Positions 54,491 to 63,650 of a stretch of 64,000 bases of DNA are shown here, piece by piece (positions within the stretch are counted from its first letter, which is position 1; each line of letters opens with the position of its first letter). A program made the translations under genes and the position numbers. The notes under the pieces were generated by a model. It had not been told where the DNA came from. It did not search any database and saw only the letters and a program-made list of their open reading frames with translations. Source of the DNA: Minisyncoccota bacterium (lineage in GTDB: Bacteria > Patescibacteriota > Minisyncoccia > Phycocordibacterales > UBA9973); NCBI GenBank assembly GCA_041659785.1, contig JBAZXO010000001.1, forward strand, positions 177,649 to 241,648, read 5' to 3'.

Positions 54491-57108
54491 TCATATTTTC
54501 TAATAAAATACATTTTCAGGAATTGAGTGATTAGGAAATACAATATTAGTCCTATAAATAATAACACGAAATAAAATGGCGGCAAAGGCAAGAATTGAAA
54601 GGCTTTGGCAAATGGAGAAAATGGTAGATAAATTCCAACTGAGATTACGGCGAGAGTGGAAACCAAGAGTGGCCAGCTTGCCCAACTCTGGAAGAATGGG
54701 ATTTTACTAGTTCTAATGATATGCACAATAAAAGTCTGAGTGAGGAGAGATTCTACGAACCAGCCGGTATGAAAGAGCGCAGGGTTGTTCCATGCATGGA
54801 ATATGTAAAGCATCACAAAAAACGTAGCATAATCAAACAACGAACTAATAGGCCCAAAAAATAAAATAAATCTCTTAATATTTTTAAAATCCCATTTTTT
54901 AGGCTTTGATAAATGATCTTCATCGACATTGTCTGTGGGGATAGTCATTTGAGAAAAATCGTAAAGCATATTGTTTGTGAGTATTTGTATCGGCAACATC
55001 GGCAAAAATGGTAAGAAAATACTTCCACCTACCACACTAAACATATTTCCGAAATTGGAGCTAGCCGCCATTTTTATATATTTAATTATGTTATCAAATA
55101 TTCTTCTACCTTCTATTATTCCGTCTTTTAGAACGAGTAAACTTTTCTCAAGTAGGATTAAGTCTGAGGATTCTTTCGCTATGTCTGCTGCGGTGTCTAC
55201 AGAAATACCCACGTCTGCTGCAATAAGGGAAAGAGAATCATTTATACCATCACCTAAAAATCCAACTACATGATTTTTGGAACGCAGGCTTTTTATTATT
55301 CTCTCTTTGTCATATGGAGATAATTTTGCAAATACAACAACTTCTTCTACCTCTTTTGATAATTCTTCATCACTTAATTTTTCAATATCACTACCGAGTA
55401 ATATCCTAGAGACCACAATACCGACGTCTTCACATATTTTTTTTGTCACAATTTCATTATCCCCTGTCAAAATCTTTACTCTTACTCCTATTTCTTCTAA
55501 ATCTTTAATGGTCTCTTTCACGCTTTGCTTAGGAGGATCGAAAAATGCTAAAAATCCAACAAATGTAAGTTCATTTTCATCTTTTGTATCAAAAACTTTT
55601 TTATTAATATCAGTTTCTTTATATGCTACAGCTACCACTCTAAAACCTTCTCTATTTAATTCTTTTTCTATAACTAATTTCTTCTCATCACTAAAATCTT
55701 TAAGAGAAAATACCTTGCCATTTACTAATGCATTTGTGCAAGAAATAATTATTTCTTCGACTGCTCCTGAACAAACTAAAAGTGATCTACTCTCACCCTC
55801 CTTTATAATTACAGACATCTTTCTCCTGTTGTAGTCAAAAGGTATTTCATCTATCTTTACATAATTTTTTATCCCAACTTTTTCTTTTGCTTCTTCGTGT
55901 TTTAAAATAGTCTGGTTGATTATATTACTCACCCCAGTCTGGAAATAACTATTTAAAAATGCATAATGCAAAGACTCAAGATTATCTTTACCATAAATAT
56001 CTAAATGTTTTTCTAAGATAATTCTTCCTTCTGTGAGTGTACCTGTTTTATCTGTACACAATATATTCATTACCCCTAAGTTTTCTATAGCATCTAGGTG
56101 TTTTACTATTACTTTATTTTTTGATAAAACTATAGCTCCTTTTGATAAATTTACAGCCACAATCGTCGGGATCATTTCAGGAGCTACTCCGACAGCCACA
56201 GCAATTGCAAACAAAAATGCTTCAAACCAATCCCCCTTAAAAAATCCGTTTAACAAGAAAACGGCTGGCACCATAATTGCCATAAATTTTAAAATTAGAA
56301 GAACAAATTGCCTTAATTCCTTATTGAAATCTGAAACATGATCATTTTTATTTATATCAGAAGCAATACTTCCTAAATAAGTATTTTTACCAGTTGAGAG
56401 AACTAAGGCTTCTGCTACACCAGACTCGACACTTGTACCCAAAAAACATAAATTGCAAAATTCTAATGCACCTTTTTCATCTAATGAAGAGTCGACTACA
56501 TGCTTCTCCACTGGCAGTGATTCTCCAGTAAGCATTGCCTGATTTATAAATAAATCTTTAGAAGATATCAGCCTCACATCACCAGGGATGATCGTACCTG
56601 AATATAAATAGATGACATCACCCGGAACAACATTCCTCAGAAGGATCTCTTGTTTAACATTATTTCTAATTACTGTTGTTTTAGTATGAATTATTGCTTT
56701 AAGTTTGTCGGCTGCGATGGATGCTTTCGTTTCTTGATAAAAATTTAAAATTATACTAAGAGACACCATTAAAATAATGACCCCGAATGATTTCATGTCA
56801 CCAACAAAAAAAGAAACAACGGCTAGCCCTAGGAGTAGTAAATTTAAGGGACTTTTTGCAATCTCAAATAATTTAAAAAAATGATTAGTTTTCTTTTCAT
56901 CAGCAATATCATTGGAACCATATATTTTTAATCTATTTTTTGCTTCTTTTTCACTCAATCCTTCTGCTCTTGATTTTAATTCGTTAAAAGCAAAATCTGG
57001 ATCCCCTTTTGCAAATTTGTATAACTTTTCAAAAAGATTCTTTTTTAAGGAATCAATCAGTTCACTGTCTTTTTTACTTTTTATAAAAATATGCTTTAAC
57101 CAATTCAT
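54481..57108 (-). CDS. P-type cation-transporting ATPase, MgtA-like
   Basis: DKTGTLT phosphorylation motif, TGESLPVEK, GDGINDSLSL hinge motif and ten predicted transmembrane helices. Length 875 aa. Confidence 0.8.
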   Translation of the reverse strand: MNWLKHIFIKSKKDSELIDSLKKNLFEKLYKFAKGDPDFAFNELKSRAEGLSEKEAKNRLKIYGSNDIADEKKTNHFFKLFEIAKSPLNLLLLGLAVVSFFVGDMKSFGVIILMVSLSIILNFYQETKASIAADKLKAIIHTKTTVIRNNVKQEILLRNVVPGDVIYLYSGTIIPGDVRLISSKDLFINQAMLTGESLPVEKHVVDSSLDEKGALEFCNLCFLGTSVESGVAEALVLSTGKNTYLGSIASDINKNDHVSDFNKELRQFVLLILKFMAIMVPAVFLLNGFFKGDWFEAFLFAIAVAVGVAPEMIPTIVAVNLSKGAIVLSKNKVIVKHLDAIENLGVMNILCTDKTGTLTEGRIILEKHLDIYGKDNLESLHYAFLNSYFQTGVSNIINQTILKHEEAKEKVGIKNYVKIDEIPFDYNRRKMSVIIKEGESRSLLVCSGAVEEIIISCTNALVNGKVFSLKDFSDEKKLVIEKELNREGFRVVAVAYKETDINKKVFDTKDENELTFVGFLAFFDPPKQSVKETIKDLEEIGVRVKILTGDNEIVTKKICEDVGIVVSRILLGSDIEKLSDEELSKEVEEVVVFAKLSPYDKERIIKSLRSKNHVVGFLGDGINDSLSLIAADVGISVDTAADIAKESSDLILLEKSLLVLKDGIIEGRRIFDNIIKYIKMAASSNFGNMFSVVGGSIFLPFLPMLPIQILTNNMLYDFSQMTIPTDNVDEDHLSKPKKWDFKNIKRFILFFGPISSLFDYATFFVMLYIFHAWNNPALFHTGWFVESLLTQTFIVHIIRTSKIPFFQSWASWPLLVSTLAVISVGIYLPFSPFAKAFQFLPLPPFYFVLLFIGLILYFLITQFLKMYFIRKYEWI

Positions 57109-57144
57109 ATTTTTATATTATAACAAATTTATCCAACAAAAATA

Positions 57145-57843
57145 TTAGTTTAAAAGAAATCTGAGTGTAGAAACTACCCGGATCTTCTTGTATTCAGGAG
57201 AACCTGGATCTTTATCTGTTATATCAAACACGCCTTGATTTCCGCGTGACACCCCACCCAAGTGAGATCCGGACTCTTTTGCGAATTGTGTTGCTGCATC
57301 TTTTGCGTTTTTAATAGCTTCAGCAAGCATCTCTGGTTTAACACTATTGATATCCGAAAATTCAAAAGCGATAGAATTTTGATTTAGGGTAACCCCTTCT
57401 TTTACCAACATCAAAGTATCCTTGGAGGCAGACCTAACTGCATCGACTTTCTTTGTATAGACAGACAATTGAGTGTTTGCATTGTATCTAAACAAAGAAT
57501 CTTTGTATGTATCCTGATAAATATTTACTGGAGCTACATTTATCTCTGACGTCTCAAATCCTTTTGCTAAAAGAAATTTATTTATTGCCGTAGTATTTTT
57601 TTCAATATCAGCATAAAGTGAATCAATATTGTTTGACTTAACATCAAAATTGATTGACCATATCGCCACATCAGCTTTGACTATTTTTTCTGATAGACCT
57701 TTCACCTCTACATAAGACTGTTGCTTAGAAAAATTCTGTGCCGCAGCAAAAGAAAGAAATGAAAAAACTAATAATACTGCTCCAATAATCCACATACTGC
57801 TATTTTTTATATTTTCCATAAATTTATTATAACACAAATACAC
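57145..57843 (-). CDS. SIMPL/BP26-family (DUF541) secreted protein
   Basis: Signal anchor. YVEVKGLSEKIVKADVAIWSINF pattern typical of SIMPL-domain proteins. Confidence 0.45.
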   Translation of the reverse strand: MYLCYNKFMENIKNSSMWIIGAVLLVFSFLSFAAAQNFSKQQSYVEVKGLSEKIVKADVAIWSINFDVKSNNIDSLYADIEKNTTAINKFLLAKGFETSEINVAPVNIYQDTYKDSLFRYNANTQLSVYTKKVDAVRSASKDTLMLVKEGVTLNQNSIAFEFSDINSVKPEMLAEAIKNAKDAATQFAKESGSHLGGVSRGNQGVFDITDKDPGSPEYKKIRVVSTLRFLLN

Positions 57844-57864
57844 TGACTAAATAAATTAATAAAA

Positions 57865-59034
57865 TTAAACAAGGCGTTTAAAAAGATAAATAAATACAGT
57901 CATTGCAGTAAATGCTACCAAGGCAGCGAAAACAAAAGCATAAATGGGATTTAAGACCCACAAAATTCCTGCTATCACTGAAGCGAGAAGATATATTAAG
58001 CCTGTAGTAAAGTTATATGCGCCGATGGCTGTAGCTCTCCTGTCCTTCTCTATGTCAGAAATAAATGCTTTACTCTGAGCTTCGTCAATACTATAAAAGA
58101 TTCCAAATAATATGAACAAAATAATTACCTCCCATTTTTCTTTTGCAAAAATAAAACCTAAAGACATAATGATATAAGTTATATATCCTAAAATAATTAT
58201 GTATCTTCGTCCGATAAAGTCACCGAGCTTGCCTATAGGTATAGATATAAAGACAAAAGAGATATTGAAAAGCGCGTAAAGCAAGACCACATCTTTGATA
58301 GCAAAGCCGACAGCATATGCTCTAAGAAGTAAAAATCCAAAACTAAAATAAGCTAAAGAAAAAATTCCCGCAGGAATAAGAAAAAGTCTAAAACTAGGAC
58401 TCAATGTCCCCCAGGCCTTAAAAATATTTTCTCTTTCATGAGGAATACCTGGACGATCCTTCATTAAAGCGAGAACGAGCACAGCGAGTAATGCTCCGAT
58501 GATTGCTATAACAAAGATAATATGAAAAGTACTCCTGGTAGTACCCAAATAAAGAAGTAAGAAATATGCAACAAGAGGCCCTAAGATAGCACCTGCTTTA
58601 TCCATCGCCTTATGTACTCCAAATGTGTATCCCCTAGTAGATTCTTGTGCTACAGCAGAAAGCCATGCATCTCTAGGTGGACCACGAAAACTTTTTCCTA
58701 CACGTTCAATAATTCTAAATGATGCTAGAGATGCCACAGAGCTCGATACGAGAAGAATCACTTTCGCAACAGTTGAAAAACCATAACCAAAAATAGCTAA
58801 TTGTTTCCTCTTACCCGTTTTATCTGAAAGCCAACCAGCAAAATAATCTAGAGAAGACGCGGAAAAATCTGAAAAACCTTCTACTAAACCTAGAAGTGAT
58901 GCAGGCGCACCAACGATTACTGTAAAGAATATAGAAAAAACTGAAAAAATAGCCTCCGAGCTAATGTCAGTCAAAAAACTCACAATACCCAATTTGAAAA
59001 CATCAGGGTGAATATTTAAAAATCTTTTTTCCAT
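57865..59034 (-). CDS. MFS transporter
   Basis: Twelve predicted transmembrane helices and a GxLaDrxGrR-like loop (LSDKTGKRKQLA). Confidence 0.75.
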   Translation of the reverse strand: MEKRFLNIHPDVFKLGIVSFLTDISSEAIFSVFSIFFTVIVGAPASLLGLVEGFSDFSASSLDYFAGWLSDKTGKRKQLAIFGYGFSTVAKVILLVSSSVASLASFRIIERVGKSFRGPPRDAWLSAVAQESTRGYTFGVHKAMDKAGAILGPLVAYFLLLYLGTTRSTFHIIFVIAIIGALLAVLVLALMKDRPGIPHERENIFKAWGTLSPSFRLFLIPAGIFSLAYFSFGFLLLRAYAVGFAIKDVVLLYALFNISFVFISIPIGKLGDFIGRRYIIILGYITYIIMSLGFIFAKEKWEVIILFILFGIFYSIDEAQSKAFISDIEKDRRATAIGAYNFTTGLIYLLASVIAGILWVLNPIYAFVFAALVAFTAMTVFIYLFKRLV

Positions 59035-59056
59035 TACAAGCTAAATATACTAGTTA

Positions 59057-59188
59057 TTAAGCAAACTTTGTTTTGTTTCTAGCAGCTTTTTTAGTAAGCA
59101 TGATACTCTTGACTGCGAGTCTTTTTGCAGTCTTGTGTGAGCGTCTTGATTTCTTTTTGGGACTAAGTGTTGTTCCTCTTTTTGCCAT
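59057..59188 (-). CDS. small basic protein, 43 aa, possibly ribosomal (bL35-like?)
   Basis: MAKRGTTLSPKKKSRRSHKTAKRLAVKSIMLTKKAARNKTKFA. The ...ILTKKA.R.K segment resembles bL35, but the protein is much shorter. Confidence 0.25.
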   Translation of the reverse strand: MAKRGTTLSPKKKSRRSHKTAKRLAVKSIMLTKKAARNKTKFA

Positions 59189-59272
59189 ATAATTCTTGTT
59201 ATTTATTATTAATAAGTTATTTTCTATTATACTTTATAATGATAAATAATTCAATAAAATTAATTCTTATTT

Positions 59273-59557
59273 TTATTCCTTAGTTTTTAGCCATCTTTGT
59301 AATTCAATTACGGCATTTAATTTTTCTTTATTTTCTTCTACCCTTTTTAAATCTTCTAGCCATCCTTCAACCATAGGTTTCATATCTTTTCCATCTGATT
59401 TACCATTTTCCATTATTACTTCTAAATGTTTTTTAGCTAGATCTAGCTTACCCATATCTAACAAATGCTTTGTAACGCTAGTCGCAGAAAGCCATGCCGC
59501 ATTTCCAATTTTATGTTTAAGGTTTTCGTGAAGATTTTTGTGAACAAGTTTATCCAT
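59273..59557 (-). CDS. hypothetical all-helical protein, 94 aa, co-directional with and downstream of the nuclease gene
   Basis: ORF only. No motif recognised. Confidence 0.35.
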   Translation of the reverse strand: MDKLVHKNLHENLKHKIGNAAWLSATSVTKHLLDMGKLDLAKKHLEVIMENGKSDGKDMKPMVEGWLEDLKRVEENKEKLNAVIELQRWLKTKE

Positions 59558-59615
59558 ATAGATTATAAAAAATTAAAAATATTAATAAAACCATTATAGC
59601 ATGTTTATTATTATA

Positions 59616-60368
59616 CTACTTTTCTTCTGCCTCACTAACTGCTTTCCTATAGGCGCACCAATCACAATTTTCTCCTGTTTCTGGAATTTTATCACTATCT
59701 AAACATTCTTTTATTTTAAATAAAGTCTTTTCCACCCATGAGTCATCACCCTCATACGCAATTAGATTTACATCAAAATCAATCCTTTTATCGAAGGCTT
59801 CTCGGTCCATTATACCTGTACAATAAACAAAATAGCCTGTATTAGAAACCTTTAAACCATTATGCCTGACTAGCCACTGATATACCTCCATTTGGCGTTT
59901 ATAGCCATCCTGCCACTCTTTATCGAGCTCTTTTACTGCTTCATCCTTTGCAGTAGCTTTGTAGTCTACGACCATATATTGACCCTTACCATCAATCCAT
60001 AAATCATCGATGGCTCCAGTGACGAGTAAACCTGTGGGTTCATGCAAATATTTAACCCCACCGAAATTTCTTCTCCATTCATCAAGTTCTTCATGAGGAG
60101 CTGGTTTCGCATCTATGCCATATTCTTTCTGCAATGGGTGCTGTTGATTCTTCGCGCGATGAATATCAAATTCTTGTTTAAGCAAATGATCGACTGCGCT
60201 GTTGATAGAAAACGGAAATCCTGGCACTCTTTTTATGCCCAATTTATTATCTATATAAAAACACCTTGGGCATTCCAAAAATAAATCAATCTTGGAACGG
60301 CTAAGTTTCCAATTTCCTCCTCCGTAATTCCAAGCTCTCCCCCTGTTTGGTTTGTAATATTCAGACAT
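59616..60368 (-). CDS. PD-(D/E)xK nuclease, Cas4/RecB-like, with a four-Cys cluster
   Basis: D...VVDYKA (D-x(n)-D/E-x-K) core. Cys pair CPRC near the N-terminus and CDWC at the C-terminus, the Cas4/AddB-type arrangement. Confidence 0.6.
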   Translation of the reverse strand: MSEYYKPNRGRAWNYGGGNWKLSRSKIDLFLECPRCFYIDNKLGIKRVPGFPFSINSAVDHLLKQEFDIHRAKNQQHPLQKEYGIDAKPAPHEELDEWRRNFGGVKYLHEPTGLLVTGAIDDLWIDGKGQYMVVDYKATAKDEAVKELDKEWQDGYKRQMEVYQWLVRHNGLKVSNTGYFVYCTGIMDREAFDKRIDFDVNLIAYEGDDSWVEKTLFKIKECLDSDKIPETGENCDWCAYRKAVSEAEEK

Positions 60369-60403
60369 AAACTATTTTACCATTTTTTTATAATTCTCTA
60401 TAG

Positions 60404-60436
60404 CAAAAAAAAGGTCATCTTACGATGACCTTTTTT
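60404..60436. terminator. orphan bidirectional terminator-like hairpin in a divergent intergenic region
   Basis: A9-GGTCATC-ttac-GATGACC-T6. There is no upstream gene on either strand to terminate. Confidence 0.5.
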
Positions 60437-60446
60437 CCTCGTGGAC

Positions 60447-60457
60447 ATTATATCACA
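60447..60457 (-). promoter_or_regulatory. extended -10 element TGaTATAAT on the minus strand, upstream of the hairpin and the nuclease gene
   Basis: Minus-strand read TGTGATATAAT. No good -35 is needed for extended -10 promoters. Confidence 0.4.
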
Positions 60458-60633
60458 AAGTTGGAACCAATGGGAAAGCTGGGTTTTCGGAGCATACGAC
60501 ACCCTTATCGGAAATTATCGGTCTGAAAATAGCCTTGTTTGTTAAGTATAAATAGATATCTAGTATCACAAGAATAGAATTAAATAGCTTATATTGTGGA
60601 CAACTTTATTAAATAATATGATACAATTATTCC

Positions 60634-61119
60634 ATGAATAAATTAGCAGTAAGTGTGCCTGCTAGCTCAATAGCAGAATACTTTATTCAAAAATCTAATC
60701 TTTCATCTCCGCGAAGGGTTATAACTAATAAGAAAATTCAAAAACTTGTCTATTATGCTCAAGCATGGTCTTTGGCTATAAACAAACGTCCTCTTTTTGA
60801 AGAAAAGATTGAAGCGTGGGTGCATGGACCTGCAATAAAAAGTGTCTATGATAGATATAAAAAATTTGGTTTTAGTGTAATAAAAAAAGAACCTGATTTA
60901 GCTTTAATCAAGGTTATATCTGAGAATGATAAAAATATTTTAGAACAAGTATGGGATGTTTATGGTAAATACGATTCTTCTTACTTAGAAATGCTTACTC
61001 ATTCCGAACTCCCTTGGCAAAAAGCGAGAGAAGGACTTACTGTTGATGAAAGTTCTGAAAATGAAATAAGTATTGCTTCTATGCAAGAGTTTTACTCATC
61101 TAAACTTAAAAAAAATTAA
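60634..61119 (+). CDS. Panacea-domain (DUF4065, SocA/GepA-like) protein, putative antitoxin
   Basis: KLVYYAQAWSLAINKRPLFEEKIEAWVHGPAIKSVYDRYKKFG matches the DUF4065 consensus as I recall it (KLqKLlYyaqgw.La..g.pLf.e.feAW.hGPV.p.vY..yk.yG). Confidence 0.65.
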   Translation: MNKLAVSVPASSIAEYFIQKSNLSSPRRVITNKKIQKLVYYAQAWSLAINKRPLFEEKIEAWVHGPAIKSVYDRYKKFGFSVIKKEPDLALIKVISENDKNILEQVWDVYGKYDSSYLEMLTHSELPWQKAREGLTVDESSENEISIASMQEFYSSKLKKN

Positions 61120-61128
61120 TTTAAGTTT

Positions 61129-61548
61129 ATGTCTATTCCAGAAGAAGCAAGTAAGTTGGCAGTAAGTGACTCTTTAATTCCAGAAAATATCACCCAGCTT
61201 CCACAACGAGAAGATGACCCTGAGTCTTCGCCATTTATGATTTCATTGGCTAGGTATAACGAAAAAGAGTGTGGTATAGACAACATAGATAAAAAAAGAG
61301 CTGTAAAAGCCTTAAAACTAATACGAGAAATAGGAGTTAATACGTATTCCGAATCAGATTTAAGGAGTTTGAAATTAAAACCTGTTTATCCAAATGGAGA
61401 TTATAAAAAATTATACAAAGGATTACCCTTAGACATTGAGATAAAGGAATTATTTATTGACTCAGACAAAGGAAGGATTTTCTTTTTTACTCTTCAGAAA
61501 ATTTTTTATCTTATATCAATAACAGATTCTCATTACAATACCCATTGA
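61129..61548 (+). CDS. uncharacterised 139-aa protein 9 nt downstream of the Panacea gene, a candidate cognate toxin
   Basis: Tight operonic spacing. Helix-then-beta pattern with a C-terminal ...SHYNTH, reminiscent of RelE/YoeB-fold toxins (speculative). Confidence 0.4.
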   Translation: MSIPEEASKLAVSDSLIPENITQLPQREDDPESSPFMISLARYNEKECGIDNIDKKRAVKALKLIREIGVNTYSESDLRSLKLKPVYPNGDYKKLYKGLPLDIEIKELFIDSDKGRIFFFTLQKIFYLISITDSHYNTH

Positions 61549-61720
61549 ACCATAATTTGAAAGTTTTCTGACCATATAAAAATATCGATTAAAATGGTGG
61601 AAAACGGAGGAAATCGGTGGTTTTCGGACATCGTGGAAGTGTTGCCTGATAAACAGGGTAATAACAGGAAAGAACAAGACGGCCTATATAGATAAACTGT
61701 ACAATAACTGCATGAAACAG

Positions 61721-61734
61721 CCAGTTATAACTGG
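61721..61734. promoter_or_regulatory. perfect 14-bp palindrome CCAGTTATAACTGG (operator-like) upstream of the zinc-ribbon membrane protein gene
   Basis: Direct read, followed by a TTGACA hexamer at 61746-61751. Confidence 0.35.
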
Positions 61735-61781
61735 TAGTTTACTGGTTGACACTTAGGATAATAAGAGTAGCATTTAAGTAT

Positions 61782-62585
61782 ATGAAAAAATGTCAAAAAT
61801 GTTTTGAAGAACTTTCTGATGATGCTAAATTTTGTGGAAAATGTGGAGAAAAGATGAGTGAAGTTGTTACAAGTAATTTTTCAGAAAATAATCATGAAAA
61901 TATTACCAAAACACCACTTATAAAAACATTAGTGGCATATGTTGTAGGAATTTTCGCATGTATTCTTGTTATTGGTCTTGTTAATTCAATAATGACTGGA
62001 ATCATCCCTGTAATGATAGGAGTAATTTTAGGAGTATCTGTAGCAGATAAAATAATTGTTAAAATAACTGGAAAACCAGTAAAAAAATTTTATTTTGGAA
62101 AACATAAAGACGGTGAAGAAAAAAAGGGGGTAAGTAAAACTTTAATTTACGTTATTATTGGTTTTGTTGTTCTTGTAATTATTTCTTCTATAATACTTTA
62201 TTACCCAAGTTTTACTAAAGAAATAAATAAGGAAACAGGGAACGCAGGTAATACAGAACTTACATATGAGGTTATGCAAGAAGTAGCAAATGGTATGAAT
62301 AAGGAATATCCACAAATGATAGATTCTGACACTAGGTTAGATTCTGTTACTGGAGCAGAAAATACTCTTTCTTATCACTATACACTTGTAAATTATAGTC
62401 TTGCTGACATAGATGTCTCTAAGCTTAACGATATACTAAGAGGAGATATTGTAAATTTAGTTTGTACAACTCCAGAAATGAAAATTTACGTTAAAAATAA
62501 AGCTGTTTTGAATTATACTTATTATGATAAAAGTGGTTTGTTTTTAATAAATATTCCAGTAAATACTGGAACTGATTGTAAATAA
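61782..62585 (+). CDS. zinc-ribbon (CxxC...CxxC) membrane protein with a C-terminal extracytoplasmic domain
   Basis: MKKCQKCFEEL...KFCGKCGEKM, then two to three transmembrane helices. The ATG at 61782 is preferred over the TTG at 61746. Confidence 0.5.
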   Translation: MKKCQKCFEELSDDAKFCGKCGEKMSEVVTSNFSENNHENITKTPLIKTLVAYVVGIFACILVIGLVNSIMTGIIPVMIGVILGVSVADKIIVKITGKPVKKFYFGKHKDGEEKKGVSKTLIYVIIGFVVLVIISSIILYYPSFTKEINKETGNAGNTELTYEVMQEVANGMNKEYPQMIDSDTRLDSVTGAENTLSYHYTLVNYSLADIDVSKLNDILRGDIVNLVCTTPEMKIYVKNKAVLNYTYYDKSGLFLINIPVNTGTDCK

Positions 62586-62591
62586 AAATTT

Positions 62592-62963
62592 ATGTTTTGT
62601 GAAAATTGTGGAGATAAAATTAAAAAAGAGGAAAAATTTTGCACAAAATGTGGTAAAAGTATCAATTTGCAAGAAATAAAAAATGAAAGGTGGTGGCATC
62701 GTCTACTTAAAGTTTTGTATATAATTGCATATTTTCCATTGATTGGTATTGTTTCATTAACATGGAGTGAAAATTTTCCACATTGCTATACTTATACATA
62801 TTCAACCCCCGATTGTTATGGGTCTTATGGTGAAGCATTTTTATATTCACTTTTAGCCTTGGTAATTTATATGACAATTCTTAGGTTGGCAAAAATTGCC
62901 GTGCTTTATATTGTACTTGGTCGTAGACCAGAATGGGGGAAGGAATTTAAAAGATTTTTTTAG
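62592..62963 (+). CDS. zinc-ribbon membrane protein (paralogous N-terminus)
   Basis: MFCENCGDKI...KFCTKCGKSI, then two transmembrane helices. Confidence 0.5.
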   Translation: MFCENCGDKIKKEEKFCTKCGKSINLQEIKNERWWHRLLKVLYIIAYFPLIGIVSLTWSENFPHCYTYTYSTPDCYGSYGEAFLYSLLALVIYMTILRLAKIAVLYIVLGRRPEWGKEFKRFF

Positions 62964-62974
62964 ATTAATAACTT

Positions 62975-63160
62975 ATGTTTATACCTTGGTGGTTAATAAT
63001 TATAGGAATAATATTTATTGCTAGGATGGCAAGTAGTGGTAAAGATGTATTACGAAGAAGGATTAATGAATTAGAAGAACAAGTTGAAGAACTTGAAGAA
63101 AAAACCAAAGAGGAATCTATTCCTGATTATGGTTATGGAATAAATGATGATAGTTTATAA
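62975..63160 (+). CDS. small single-pass membrane protein with an acidic coiled-coil tail
   Basis: MFIPWWLIIIGIIFIARM, then RRRINELEEQVEELEEK. Confidence 0.3.
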   Translation: MFIPWWLIIIGIIFIARMASSGKDVLRRRINELEEQVEELEEKTKEESIPDYGYGINDDSL

Positions 63161-63515
63161 AATAATATAAATAATTTTTTACACTTTACTTTTCTAAAAT
63201 ATTAGAGTATAATTATTTTAGTGTTCTTTAGTTTTAAATAAAAAGTTTTTGAGAGGTATTATATGCGAAAATAGTTTTTGCGATTAGAATAATATTCTTA
63301 AAAACAAATCAACGAATGTATTTAATTTAATGATGTTCAATCAAAATCTAGTGGAGGTACACGGAGAGACGGGCCAATATGGAAATGCCACTATGATAAT
63401 TAGTACCCGATATAATAATATTATTCATTAAAAATAAATGTGTGGAGTTGGTAATTTGATAGGCTTGCCTAGTTAATTACCAATTCTTCATATTTTTAAA
63501 TAGAAAGGTAATAAA

Positions 63516-63545
63516 AAGGCGACCATCAAGGTCGTTTTTTTGTTT
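63516..63545. terminator. terminator-like hairpin CGACC-atcaa-GGTCG flanked by A5 and T7 runs
   Basis: Direct read. The stem is short (5 bp), so this is weak. Confidence 0.4.
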
Positions 63546-63650
63546 GTGCAAAAAGGCGACATTACTAAGGATGTCCACCTAAAGTCTATTTATTAATCGA
63601 CAGGTCGAAGTGGACATCGCCTGTTGATTGATAAGTAGATTTTTTAATTT

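Noticed and set aside
63540-63625. Signal recognition particle RNA, suggested by a CAGGTCGAAG motif
   Set aside because: Only a 6-nt resemblance to the SRP domain IV consensus. The flanking helices and GNRA loop do not fit.
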